A stretch of DNA of 48,116 nucleotides, taken from IMG/VR virus record IMGVR_UViG_3300032095_000040, positions 1-48,116 of that record; one strand, 5' to 3'. A program made the position numbers and the translations under genes. Shown here piece by piece: positions 25,933-34,492 of the stretch; position 1 is the stretch's first letter, and each line of letters starts with the position of its first letter. Source of the DNA: a virus (lineage: Duplodnaviria; Caudoviricetes). Under the pieces are notes generated by a model. It saw only the letters and a program-made list of their open reading frames with translations, ran no database searches and was not told where the DNA came from.

Positions 25933-26395
25933 CGATGTCTTTCATGTCGGCAGGCGTCGGTGCGTCGAGGCCGCGAATCTTGCGGATCGCCGCGACAGCC
26001 GCGCTGGCCGCTTCGACGATGGTCTTGATTTCCTTGGGGTCTTCCGCGCCGCTGGCGCAGGTCTCCAGGTTCGCCAGGCACAGCCGATGGATGCGCAGGC
26101 CGCGCTCCATGTCGTCGATGTCCTGGCGGGCGGCGCCGGCGATGGTTTCACGGGTTAAGCCTGAAACTTCCGGTGAAACTCCGGCCTCTGCGGCCGGCGC
26201 CGCGCCGCTGAAATGCGCCTCCACGAGAGCGCGCTTGGCGGTGCCCGGGTTACGGATCCAGCCCTGTGCCTTGGCGCGCTTGTTGATCGCGGTATGGCTG
26301 ATGCCGTGCTTGGCAGCTATCGCGGTCACGGGCTCGGTGCCGGCGCGATAGGCCGCCTCGACGGCGACCCAGTCGATGTCCTTTGCTTTTGCCAT
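25862..26395 (-). CDS. terS: terminase small subunit
   Basis: DW..VE..YRAG....IA..HG.S...I.KRAK..GW HTH; upstream of TerL. Confidence 0.85.
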   Translation of the reverse strand: MAKAKDIDWVAVEAAYRAGTEPVTAIAAKHGISHTAINKRAKAQGWIRNPGTAKRALVEAHFSGAAPAAEAGVSPEVSGLTRETIAGAARQDIDDMERGLRIHRLCLANLETCASGAEDPKEIKTIVEAASAAVAAIRKIRGLDAPTPADMKDIDAAIEAELAQLERSRQAGAAADT

Positions 26396-26532
26396 TAACG
26401 TCGATTCGCACTCTTGAATTGATGGTCACGGTGCGGAAGTGCAGGTGCCGTCAAATGTCAAGCCGCCGCTATGGTAGAAATGCAATGCCATAGGCATCCG
26501 CCGCGGCCCCATACTTCTCAAAAAAGTTCGAT

Positions 26533-26805
26533 ATGAAAGACGACATCGAAGCAGAATTTCGCGGACGGCTTTTAGCCATCCAGAACTCTTTGGCATTTGC
26601 CCTCGCACTAGCAGCTCGGGCCAACAATCACAGCGCCGCGGATCTAGGCTCGTTCAAAGAAGGCCTCGTCGGAGACTACTCGGAGGTAAGCGAGGGACTA
26701 CCTTCGGATACGCTGGCTTCGATTACACCAGCGTATAAGGACTCGCTGGATTCAATCTTTGAATTAGCGCAAGCGTGCCGAAACGCTATGGAGCAAAAGC
26801 CCTAA
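26533..26805 (+). CDS. hypothetical moron protein (90 aa)
   Basis: antisense to the late operon, ends at a bidirectional terminator, AT-richer codons. Confidence 0.6.
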   Translation: MKDDIEAEFRGRLLAIQNSLAFALALAARANNHSAADLGSFKEGLVGDYSEVSEGLPSDTLASITPAYKDSLDSIFELAQACRNAMEQKP

Positions 26806-26806
26806 G

Positions 26807-26843
26807 AAAAAAGCCCGCCAGGCATCCGCCTGCGCGGGCTTTT
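26807..26843. terminator. bidirectional intrinsic terminator
   Basis: A-run, GCCCGC...GCGGGC stem, T-run between convergent genes. Confidence 0.75.
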
Positions 26844-26881
26844 CCGAACCGGTGAACGGTTTGAGTCGAGACTCCATGGAT

Positions 26882-27265
26882 TTAGAGATCCCCGTCCTCT
26901 TCGGATTGGTCGATTGCCTCGCCTGCCAACCGTTTGTAGAGACCTTCCAAATCGTCCTCACTGAACAGTTCCGCATACATGTTCACTCGCTTGGAGGACA
27001 GCTTCGGCCAGCCTTCCAGCTTAGTAACACGGAAGACACCGAATTCGATCTCGCTGCTCCATACCAGCAACCAGCCGAGACGACGGAGTTCGTCTTCGAG
27101 CTCAATGAGAAACGCCTCGCGAATTCGCGCGCGCTCCGCGAGCCTTCGAAGGGTCGCTGCGGAAAATCGATACTGGGTGATTTCCCTCTCCCGCTCTTTA
27201 CCATATTCAAGAGCGTTGAGGGCGATAAGATAGGCAACGGCGCGTGCCGTCCTGTACTTGGACAT
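26882..27265 (-). CDS. hypothetical moron protein (127 aa, acidic tail)
   Basis: GAGG RBS, own sigma70 promoter and downstream terminator. Confidence 0.75.
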   Translation of the reverse strand: MSKYRTARAVAYLIALNALEYGKEREREITQYRFSAATLRRLAERARIREAFLIELEDELRRLGWLLVWSSEIEFGVFRVTKLEGWPKLSSKRVNMYAELFSEDDLEGLYKRLAGEAIDQSEEDGDL

Positions 27266-27370
27266 GTGTACACCTCATGAGAAAGTTGGATTGGGCCACG
27301 CTGCACGGCAATTGATCCTTCGATGGATCGGCGCTTTAGCTGCGTGATAGCTTCAGGTGAAGCTGACCGG

Positions 27371-27399
27371 AATATATCCGGAAGTTCCTGTCCGCGCAA
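27371..27399 (-). promoter_or_regulatory. sigma70 promoter of the 127-aa moron
   Basis: TTGCGC-17-TATATT on the minus strand. Confidence 0.6.
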
Positions 27400-27411
27400 G
27401 TTCACCTAGGG

Positions 27412-27443
27412 CAAAAAGCAACGAAGCCCGCAAAGCGGGCTTC
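27412..27443 (-). terminator. tR'-like terminator
   Basis: GAAGCCCGC/GCGGGCTTC stem then T-rich tail, just downstream of the late promoter. Confidence 0.65.
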
Positions 27444-27470
27444 AGGCACTCTTGCTGCGAGTCTGGCGAA

Positions 27471-27499
27471 AATCTATACCGCTTGTTGCAAAAAGGCAA
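27471..27499 (-). promoter_or_regulatory. late promoter PR'-like
   Basis: TTGCCT-17-TAGATT immediately downstream of the Q-like gene. Confidence 0.7.
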
Positions 27500-27520
27500 G
27501 CGTTTTTTCGCCGCTCTCCC

Positions 27521-28150
27521 TTATGCCGGAATGCCTTCCGGCTCATCGCACGTTGTACGGTCGTCGACGACGCCGTGCGCAATAAAGGCCGGCTCCAGCC
27601 GAGCGATCGCCAGGTTCTCCAGTGCCCGGTAATGCGACTCCATCCACTTCGCCGCTCGGAAGACTCGCGTCTGCTCCGACCCGTGCTTCTCGGCGATCGC
27701 GCGGAAGGTGTAGCCCTCCCGCCGGTCGCGTGGAAGGTAGTGGCGCGCGGTCAGGTCCAGGAGCAACCCGGTCGCCGTCAGCCCGGACGACCGGCGCGCG
27801 AACAGGGCCAGCCGCTTCATGCCGCCAACCTTCTCCTCGCCCACAGCGAAGCGGGCCCAGATGGCGGCCATCTCCTGGCTCGGCAGCCGGTCCCGCACCG
27901 CAGCCGTGACCATGCTGCACTGCGCCCGGATCTCGTCCGGCGTCAGACCGCCGAAGTTGACCGTCCCGCTGCCCGGCGTACCGCGGAGTTGGTCGAGCCA
28001 GGCCTGCTGCTTGTCGGTCGGGTGGTCGAGATCCTCCAGCATCCGGATCAGCATGTTGCGGAACGGCGCGCCTTGCCGCGGCGGCATGGACAGCACCAGG
28101 TAGGACACGTGCAGCGCCTGCTCCGTGCTCTTGAAGATCGCGTCGGTCAT
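27521..28150 (-). CDS. Q-like late antiterminator
   Basis: last gene of the early-right operon before PR'/tR'; C-terminal HTH-like YTFRAIAEKHG. Confidence 0.65.
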   Translation of the reverse strand: MTDAIFKSTEQALHVSYLVLSMPPRQGAPFRNMLIRMLEDLDHPTDKQQAWLDQLRGTPGSGTVNFGGLTPDEIRAQCSMVTAAVRDRLPSQEMAAIWARFAVGEEKVGGMKRLALFARRSSGLTATGLLLDLTARHYLPRDRREGYTFRAIAEKHGSEQTRVFRAAKWMESHYRALENLAIARLEPAFIAHGVVDDRTTCDEPEGIPA

Positions 28151-28353
28151 TCGTTCTTTTCCCCGTCGTTGTAGTGCCGGCAGCGCCGACCGTAGTTCCT
28201 GCGCTTGCCGTCCGGCAGCAGCTTGGTGCAGACCCGCACCGTGGTGCCGAACAGCCGGGCCGTCTTCTCCCACTGGCAGCCCTTGCAGCTTCGCGCCTCC
28301 GCGCGCTCGTAGACCTCGGCCGGGTCGCGGTACATGTGGGCGGGCAGCGTCAT
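28147..28353 (-). CDS. small Cys-rich (Zn-binding) protein
   Basis: YRDPAEV...CKGC...C...C; coupled overlaps. Confidence 0.7.
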   Translation of the reverse strand: MTLPAHMYRDPAEVYERAEARSCKGCQWEKTARLFGTTVRVCTKLLPDGKRRNYGRRCRHYNDGEKNE

Positions 28354-28790
28354 GCGGCCTCCCATCGCAGCTTTCCTTGCAGCGGATGCGTGTCGACGCG
28401 CGGCCGGCTCGGGCAGTTCCAGCTTCCGCCGGCGGTTTCGGCCACGACGCGCCAGCCGGCCGCGCGCAGGGAAGCCCCAGCCTCGGTGTTCAGCGTGTAG
28501 GTGATCAGCTTCCGGTATCCCAGGGCGCGTGCCGCGCGCCACGCCGCGGCGTAGAGCATGGAACAGGCATTCCGGTGGCCGTCCGTGCAGAGCCGGTTCA
28601 CCTCCAGCGTCAGTCCGTCATCCAGCGCGCGCGGCACCGGACGGCCGACCAGCGCTACACCGACGATCCGGTCGCCGGCGGCCGCGCCAACCGCAAACTT
28701 GCAACCGGCGGCCGGCTTGTGGTGACGGTGGTGCTGGGCGACGAAGGCGTTGGCCTCAGCGAACGACATCGGGACGATCCGGAGCGTCAT
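28350..28790 (-). CDS. XF1762-like protein (probable GNAT/Mom-like fold)
   Basis: EANAFV..HHRHH, VGVALVGRP, LEVNRLC, ACSMLY, LITYT, GASLRAAGW. Confidence 0.75.
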   Translation of the reverse strand: MTLRIVPMSFAEANAFVAQHHRHHKPAAGCKFAVGAAAGDRIVGVALVGRPVPRALDDGLTLEVNRLCTDGHRNACSMLYAAAWRAARALGYRKLITYTLNTEAGASLRAAGWRVVAETAGGSWNCPSRPRVDTHPLQGKLRWEAA

Positions 28791-29209
28791 CCATGCACCC
28801 CGTCGAACGTCACCCCGAACTCATTGGCCGCGTGCGCCTGCACCTTCGCCAGGTACTCGCTGAACTCCCCGACCGACATATCGCCGGTGGACTTGCGCGT
28901 GACGCGCATGCGACCGTCCGGTAGCCGGATCTCGACCTTCACGCCGTAGACGTCCGCGAAGTACTCGTGCCAAGTGTCCTTGCTGAACTGCTGGCCATCG
29001 ACCCAGGCCTGCTCGGCGATGTCGCGCAGCACGACGCCCCAGTAGTACCGATTGGCCTCAGTGGTGCGCCGGCGCTCTTCGGCCGTGACGATCAGACGCA
29101 GCGGCGTGCCCTTTTCCAGGCAGGCGGCGGCGTTGGACTTGATGAAGGCCAGCACCGTCGGCCAGATGCCGGGGCTCTTGAGGGTGAACTCGCGGTAGAG
29201 CGTCGCCAT
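28787..29209 (-). CDS. ninB: NinB-family recombination protein
   Basis: RT.EAN..YW, WHE.F, ST..MSV.EFSEYL..V.A.AA...GV.F. Confidence 0.85.
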   Translation of the reverse strand: MATLYREFTLKSPGIWPTVLAFIKSNAAACLEKGTPLRLIVTAEERRRTTEANRYYWGVVLRDIAEQAWVDGQQFSKDTWHEYFADVYGVKVEIRLPDGRMRVTRKSTGDMSVGEFSEYLAKVQAHAANEFGVTFDGVHG

Positions 29210-29212
29210 GGC

Positions 29213-29743
29213 TCAGGCCTCCTTCTCGGGGAAATTGACGCGGGCAAATTCGCCGAACGTCGCGCGTGCGGCGGCGTCATAGGCGTGTGCCGCTTCTGCC
29301 GGCGTGTCGAACAGACCGAGGTGCCGCGTCCGGCCGCCGTGGCCGATGGAGGCGCGCCACTTCTTGTCCTTGAAGGAAACGCCCTTGTAGCCGCTCTTGT
29401 TCTTCGCGTGCATCGCGCGGTTCCGCAAGTTCTCGGCCCCGCTGCAAAGCCGCAGGTTGGCGATCCTGTTGTCCCCGCGGCATCCATTGACATGGTCGAT
29501 CTGCGCCGGCGGCAGCTCGCCGTGCACATAGAGCCATGCCAATCGGTGTGCCATGTGAATGCGACCGTCCAGCAGGATGATCCGGTAACCGTGTCCGTTG
29601 ATGCAGCCAGCCGGCTTGCCCGCGAACCGATTGAACGGGCTGCTGGCCCTCCAGGTGAACTCTCCGGTGTCCGGGCAGTAGACCAACGCATCGCGTACCC
29701 GCTCCGCCGTCAATGGGCGAATCGCTTTCGGTTTAATGGGCAT
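29213..29743 (-). CDS. HNH homing endonuclease with AP2 domain
   Basis: AHRLAW, IDHVNG.R.DNRIANLR, SGYKGVS, HLGLF..AA.AYD. Confidence 0.88.
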   Translation of the reverse strand: MPIKPKAIRPLTAERVRDALVYCPDTGEFTWRASSPFNRFAGKPAGCINGHGYRIILLDGRIHMAHRLAWLYVHGELPPAQIDHVNGCRGDNRIANLRLCSGAENLRNRAMHAKNKSGYKGVSFKDKKWRASIGHGGRTRHLGLFDTPAEAAHAYDAAARATFGEFARVNFPEKEA

Positions 29744-30216
29744 CAGGCAGCCTCCTTCGCGTCCAGTTCGATTCGGATTCGGGTGTTCTGCACCAGGTCC
29801 CGCGCGTACGCCGCGGTCATCTGCATGGCCTCGGCGCGCAACACGCCCAGCGCCCCGCGCGCCGCCGCGACGTCTGCCTGCTCGAGCGGCATCGCGTAGC
29901 GCAGCTTGCGGGCCAGCACCAGCAGCGGTTCGACCGGTACCGCGCGGCCCTGCCGCTTGGCGTGGATCTCGAAGGCGCAGGCGACGCCCTCCACCGCCGG
30001 CGCGGTCTCGTACCAGCAGCCGTCGTTCGCGTCGCGGAAGATCGGCACGCCGGCGGCGGTCGCCGTCACGGCGCCGTCGCGCTCCAGCCCGTCGAGGATG
30101 GTCTCCAGCGGCCGGAACACAGCGTCGACCTTCCACGGCTCGGTGCGCAGCTTCACGCTGGCGCCGTTCCAGCTGGGGCGATACGGCTTGCGCGGCTTCT
30201 TGCTCTTGGCCATCAC
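29743..30216 (-). CDS. hypothetical phage protein
   Basis: MAKSKKPRK.Y.P start; coupled overlaps on both sides. Confidence 0.7.
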   Translation of the reverse strand: MMAKSKKPRKPYRPSWNGASVKLRTEPWKVDAVFRPLETILDGLERDGAVTATAAGVPIFRDANDGCWYETAPAVEGVACAFEIHAKRQGRAVPVEPLLVLARKLRYAMPLEQADVAAARGALGVLRAEAMQMTAAYARDLVQNTRIRIELDAKEAA

Positions 30217-30800
30217 GCGGCCTCCTGTGCGCGGGCGTACTCGAGCAGCGCGAGCGCGTCGGCGTGGTTGTCGTCGACGACGCGGTGCCCGCGCGCGCGC
30301 ATCGCGGCGATCATGGCGTCCTTCTTCGCGTTGCCCTTCCCAGTCGCCGCCTTCTTGATGACGGTGACCGGCACGGCGACCAGCGGCACGCGGTTGCGAT
30401 CGGCCCAGGCCTGCAGGTGCGACTCGAAGCCGCCGTAGACGTGGGCAGCAATCGTGTTCGGGTTCTGCTTCGTGCCGTGCGCCATCACCAGTTCGTAGTA
30501 GATCGCGTGGAGCTCGCCGGCCTGCCGCGCGCGCTCGCCCAGCCAGGCCGAGAACTTGAGCCAGCGCTGGCCGGGACCATCGTGGCGCCGCGGCGCGAAG
30601 GACTGGCTGCCACTGTGCACGGTGCCGTCGCGCATGCCGAGCGCCCAGCCGGTGGTGGTGCCGATGTCGATCGCCAAGATGTTCATGTTGCAGGCCGGCG
30701 TACCCAACGCTGCGAGGTCATTGCGTTTCGAATCAGCGACTTGGTGAGTCGCTTCGTCGCGCGTCACGGTGTCGAAAAAGTCGGTCATGGAATGCCTCAT
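30213..30800 (-). CDS. RuvC-like Holliday junction resolvase
   Basis: ILAIDIG..TGWA, YE, KK.ATGKGNA.K, DN.ADALALL. Confidence 0.85.
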   Translation of the reverse strand: MRHSMTDFFDTVTRDEATHQVADSKRNDLAALGTPACNMNILAIDIGTTTGWALGMRDGTVHSGSQSFAPRRHDGPGQRWLKFSAWLGERARQAGELHAIYYELVMAHGTKQNPNTIAAHVYGGFESHLQAWADRNRVPLVAVPVTVIKKAATGKGNAKKDAMIAAMRARGHRVVDDNHADALALLEYARAQEAA

Positions 30801-32167
30801 TCAAAGCCACGCGAAGCGTTGGGCAGACGCTTCGGTGGCGCCGGATGCCAGTTCGTCGCAAGCGTTTCGAATCGGGTCTGCGAGCCGATGTAGGCCAATG
30901 CGACGCGGCCAGGCTGGCCCTGCCGGTTGAGCGCTACGTCCACCTCGCAGATGCCCTTGTCGGTGGTGTCTGGGTTGTAGACCTCGTCACGGTACAGGAA
31001 CATCACGACGTCGGCGTCCTGCTCGATCGCGCCGGAGTCGCGCAGGTCGGACGGCTGTGGCCGCTTGTTGGGCCGGCGCTCGAGCTCACGATTGAGCTGC
31101 GACAGCAACACGATGGCGATGTCCAGTTCCTTGGCCAGAGCCTTCAGGCCGCGCGTGATACCTTCGATCTGCGCGTTGCGGTTGTCGCCCTCGCCCTCCA
31201 TGAGCTGTAGGTAGTCGATCACCAGCACGTCGAGCCCGGCTCGGCGCTTGACCTGCTTCGCCTTCATGCGAACGTCCAGCAAGCGTAGACCGCCTTGGTC
31301 GTCAAGCCACAGGCCCATGCTCTCCAGCACGCCCATCGCCTGCGATAACCGGTTCCATTCGTCGTCCGCCATACGGCTCGGGGTCAGAAGGTTCGAAAGC
31401 GGGATGTGGCCAATCGCGGCCAGATTCCGATCGTCCAGCTGCGCGCGCGGCATTTCCATCGACAGCACCAGCACCTGCCGGCCGCGCGCAGCATGGCGCG
31501 CCACGCCGAGCGCGAAGGCGGTCTTGCCCATCTTCGGGCGCGCGGCGACCACGATCAGCTCGCCCGGCCGAATGCCCCCGTTGAGCAGCGCGTCGATGTC
31601 GCGGAAGCCGGTCGAGATCGCCCGAGCGCCATCGGTCTCCCGGGATTGCAGAGTCCGGGCGTATTCCACGAGGCTGGCCGACACGTGCGTCGGCTCCTTT
31701 CGCACGCGAGCCTGCGCCAGCGCTTCAAGGCGGCTGGTGGCGCGGTCGATCAACGCCGGGGATTCGTCTGGCGAAGCCTTCGCCTCCTGGGCAAGCTCAC
31801 TGCCGAGGACCAGCAGCGCGCGGCGCACCGCCCTCTCGCGCACGATCGCTGCATGCCGGCCAACGCTGGCGGTACCGGGCGTGTTCTGCGCGAGCTCGGT
31901 CAGGTATGCCAGGTCGGCGGCGCCCTGGCCGGCGGCCTTCAAGCGTTCGAAGACGGTGACGCAGTCGGTCGGCTTGCCGGCCTGGATCTGGCGCGACAGC
32001 TCGGCAAAGATGGCGCGGTGATCGCCGACGGTGAAGTGCTCCGCCTGCAGGTCACCGATGCGGTCAAAGCACTCGCTGTCGATCAGCAGCGCGCCGAGCA
32101 CGGCCTGCTCAGAAGCCACTGCGGTCAGGCGATCGTCGTGGCCTGGGGTCGGCATGGGGGCGTTCAT
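30797..32167 (-). CDS. dnaB: replicative DNA helicase
   Basis: EQAVLGALL, ARPKMGKT, SMEM, IDYLQL, LSQLNR, DLRDSGAIEQDAD. Confidence 0.95.
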   Translation of the reverse strand: MNAPMPTPGHDDRLTAVASEQAVLGALLIDSECFDRIGDLQAEHFTVGDHRAIFAELSRQIQAGKPTDCVTVFERLKAAGQGAADLAYLTELAQNTPGTASVGRHAAIVRERAVRRALLVLGSELAQEAKASPDESPALIDRATSRLEALAQARVRKEPTHVSASLVEYARTLQSRETDGARAISTGFRDIDALLNGGIRPGELIVVAARPKMGKTAFALGVARHAARGRQVLVLSMEMPRAQLDDRNLAAIGHIPLSNLLTPSRMADDEWNRLSQAMGVLESMGLWLDDQGGLRLLDVRMKAKQVKRRAGLDVLVIDYLQLMEGEGDNRNAQIEGITRGLKALAKELDIAIVLLSQLNRELERRPNKRPQPSDLRDSGAIEQDADVVMFLYRDEVYNPDTTDKGICEVDVALNRQGQPGRVALAYIGSQTRFETLATNWHPAPPKRLPNASRGFE

Positions 32168-33192
32168 GCTGCCTCCGCGTGGACGCGCCGCGCCTGTTCG
32201 CCGACCGTGGTCAGCACGACGTTACCGTCGCCGGCGATGTACCAGAGCTTGAACCAGTTGCCGCGCACAGACTTGCGATGCACGGCCGGCCAGTCCTTGT
32301 ACCGCTTGGCGTCAGGCAGGCTGTACCGGGCCTTGAACTCGAGCCAGTGCAGGCGGAGGAATTCCAGCGGGATGCCCGCTTGCTCGGCGTATGCGAAGAC
32401 GGTGTCGTCTTCGGCGATGGGCTTCACGCCCTGTTGCTTGCAGGCCTTCAGGTAGGCAGGCAGACCGATGGCCGAACGCTTAGGCTTCTCCGCCTTCTGG
32501 CCTGTGGACGTTTCGCCCCCAAGGGGGGTATGGGGGGTACTTATACCTCCTCTACTATCTACTCCTCTCCCTTCCGTAGGCGAGTCACCAGCGAGACACC
32601 TTGAGTCACCTTGCGTCACCAGCGCGTCACCGCTTTGAACCTTGCGCTTGCAGGAACTGCAGACAAGCCTGTAACCCTTGAATTCATCGGGCTCTTCCGG
32701 TGACGCTAGGGTGACGCGAGCTAGCGTGACACCTAGCGCGTCACCGCAGAGGTGACATGCGTCACCAATGGATTCGCGGAGTTTCTTAAGGAGAAGCTGG
32801 CGCTGCTTACCGCCCAGCCTTTTTTGGTGACGCGTGTCACCTGTGTCACCGTCTGAGTCACCTGTGACACCGCGCGGGTGTCGCAACGTCGGTTGATCGA
32901 TGCGCTGATGATGCCAGCCCGTGACGTGCCAGAATTCCTTGCCGTCGACCTCGTATTCGACGAGCAATCCTTGCTCAATAAGTTCGTCGACCCACTGCAT
33001 CACGGTCGACGCCGTGACATCGTCGTCACCGGGAAATACTTCAGCCTTCAGGGTTTTCGCGCTCGCCGGATGGTTGCCACCGTCGTCGCAGAAATTCCAG
33101 AGGCCGATGAAAAGGAGGCGCGCGTCGCGCGACACCTCCATGACCTGCTCAGAGGTCCAGTACTCGGGCTTAATGGAGCGGATGCGGGCCAT
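32164..33192 (-). CDS. phage replication initiator (O-like)
   Basis: MARIRSIKPEYW...ARLLFIGLWNFCDD.G N-terminus; internal iterons; upstream of helicase. Confidence 0.88.
   Translation of the reverse strand: MARIRSIKPEYWTSEQVMEVSRDARLLFIGLWNFCDDGGNHPASAKTLKAEVFPGDDDVTASTVMQWVDELIEQGLLVEYEVDGKEFWHVTGWHHQRIDQPTLRHPRGVTGDSDGDTGDTRHQKRLGGKQRQLLLKKLRESIGDACHLCGDALGVTLARVTLASPEEPDEFKGYRLVCSSCKRKVQSGDALVTQGDSRCLAGDSPTEGRGVDSRGGISTPHTPLGGETSTGQKAEKPKRSAIGLPAYLKACKQQGVKPIAEDDTVFAYAEQAGIPLEFLRLHWLEFKARYSLPDAKRYKDWPAVHRKSVRGNWFKLWYIAGDGNVVLTTVGEQARRVHAEAA
32582..32885. repeat. iteron cluster / probable replication origin
   Basis: many G(A/C/T)GTCACC / GACACC-type octamers in both orientations, the first five at 10-11 bp spacing. 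Confidence 0.75.
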
Positions 33193-33240
33193 GTCAGACC
33201 CCCACCCGCAGTGTCGCCGGCGCGAACGGCCGGCAGTGGC

Positions 33241-33480
33241 TTAGAGCCCGGTGTACTTCTTCGCGATGTTGATCAGTGCCATACCTACCTGCTCGGCACA
33301 GTCCAGCGGTATCTGAACCACGTCCGAGTCCACCGAATCCCGCTCGTCGCGCATCTGGGTAACCACGATCGAGATTTTCTCGTTCTTGGCAATGAACACT
33401 TGGATCTCCGGCCGCGCCTCCAGAATGAACGTGTGGTGACCCTGATCCGGCATATCGTCGTGCGCTTCCTTCTCTGCCAT
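33241..33480 (-). CDS. hypothetical protein (79 aa)
   Basis: MAEKEAHDD...; GAGG upstream; an overlapping alternative frame (33194-33589) exists. Confidence 0.55.
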   Translation of the reverse strand: MAEKEAHDDMPDQGHHTFILEARPEIQVFIAKNEKISIVVTQMRDERDSVDSDVVQIPLDCAEQVGMALINIAKKYTGL

Positions 33481-33600
33481 TGCTTGCCTCGCATCCTGCC
33501 TGGTTGATGGGTCGGGCGTGCGCGACATGGCAGGCGTATGCCGCGCGCTGGTGGCCACCAGCTGCCCGAAGGGAAAAAGAGTATGCCATTGGTCCCTACC

Positions 33601-33744
33601 TCACTGCCTGCCGCGGACCACCACGCTGCCCAGCAGCTCGGCGATCGCCTGTTTCGCTTCGGCGCACAGCTGCATGCGGACGTCCGCCGTATTGGCGACC
33701 GTGATCCGATGCAGAAGCTCATTGATGTGGTCCTGCTGGCTCAT
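33601..33744 (-). CDS. hypothetical protein (47 aa)
   Basis: MSQQDHINELLHRI...; fits operon packing; below ORF-track cutoff. Confidence 0.5.
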   Translation of the reverse strand: MSQQDHINELLHRITVANTADVRMQLCAEAKQAIAELLGSVVVRGRQ

Positions 33745-33747
33745 GCC

Positions 33748-33951
33748 CTACTCTCTTGTCCCGTTCTGTCCCAACTTGGCCCGCGCATCAAACGCGAGAA
33801 CATCGGGATGTAGCGGCCCGTAAGCACAGCGCAGCACCAGGTATCCGATCCATTCGGGCGTCGTCACGCCTAACGAGGCGGCGCGCACCACAAGATCGCG
33901 GGCTTCATCGGCCGGGAGCAGCGCTGGAACTTCGGTTTTGCTCGAACTCAT
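33748..33951 (-). CDS. small hypothetical protein
   Basis: ATGA-coupled to the upstream gene. Confidence 0.6.
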   Translation of the reverse strand: MSSSKTEVPALLPADEARDLVVRAASLGVTTPEWIGYLVLRCAYGPLHPDVLAFDARAKLGQNGTRE

Positions 33952-34172
33952 GCGGTAACTCGCGGCCCGTTTTGGCCCAGGTCGTCACTGACACCGGCGA
34001 TCGCGACAGGCAAAGTGCCCACAGCGCCGAACAAGTGCTGTTCGACGATGCGAGCGATCGCGGCGGAATCCGAATCGATTCCGTTGACCTGCTTGTAGAG
34101 CTGGAGAGCGTCATAGGCGCGGTCACGCAGCCGCGTCTTTGCCTCGTTGCGATATTCGGCACGGCGGGACAT
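33948..34172 (-). CDS. small regulator at the cII position
   Basis: directly after cro; GGAG RBS. Confidence 0.6.
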   Translation of the reverse strand: MSRRAEYRNEAKTRLRDRAYDALQLYKQVNGIDSDSAAIARIVEQHLFGAVGTLPVAIAGVSDDLGQNGPRVTA

Positions 34173-34183
34173 GGGCGGCTCCG

Positions 34184-34387
34184 TCAGGCTGCCTTGGCCG
34201 GCGATTCATCGGCGCCGGCCGGCTTGGGAAGGAAGAGTTCCGGATGGGCCAGCTTGACCGCAGCTGGTATCCCGCGCTCTTTCCAGTTGTGAACGCGCTG
34301 CACACCGCCGGGCTTCTTGAACTTCAGAAGCTCGGCCACTCGCGCGGCGCCACCCAACTGTTCGATGAGTTCTCGATCCGTGGTCAT
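34184..34387 (-). CDS. cro: Cro-like repressor
   Basis: LIEQLGG...VAELL......RV.NW..RGIP; divergent from cI. Confidence 0.85.
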   Translation of the reverse strand: MTTDRELIEQLGGAARVAELLKFKKPGGVQRVHNWKERGIPAAVKLAHPELFLPKPAGADESPAKAA

Positions 34388-34416
34388 GAGCGACAGTGGT
34401 TGGTTTCCATGTCGTC

Positions 34417-34472
34417 ATTAAACACTATGTTTATGCGAAAGGCAAACATGACGTTTATCAACGAAACGTTTA
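34417..34472. promoter_or_regulatory. OR operators and PR promoter
   Basis: AAAC-N5-GTTT at 34420-34432 and 34444-34456, degenerate copy 34459-34471; minus-strand TTGCCT(34445-34440)-17-TTTAAT(34422-34417). Confidence 0.8.
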
Positions 34473-34492
34473 CCTGTGAGACCATCCGCGCC

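Noticed and set aside
8465-26028. Long plus-strand ORFs such as 8465-9688, 15824-17227, 19424-20773, 23192-24454 and 24673-26028
   Set aside because: Antisense shadows of GC-rich structural genes, with no motifs or coupling signals noticed
32582-32885. CRISPR-like array
   Set aside because: Repeats are 8-9 bp, irregularly spaced, in both orientations and inside a CDS; no cas genes
33194-33813. ORFs 33194-33589 (-) and 33538-33813 (+)
   Set aside because: Overlap better-supported small genes (33241-33480, 33601-33744); 33194-33589 cannot be fully excluded
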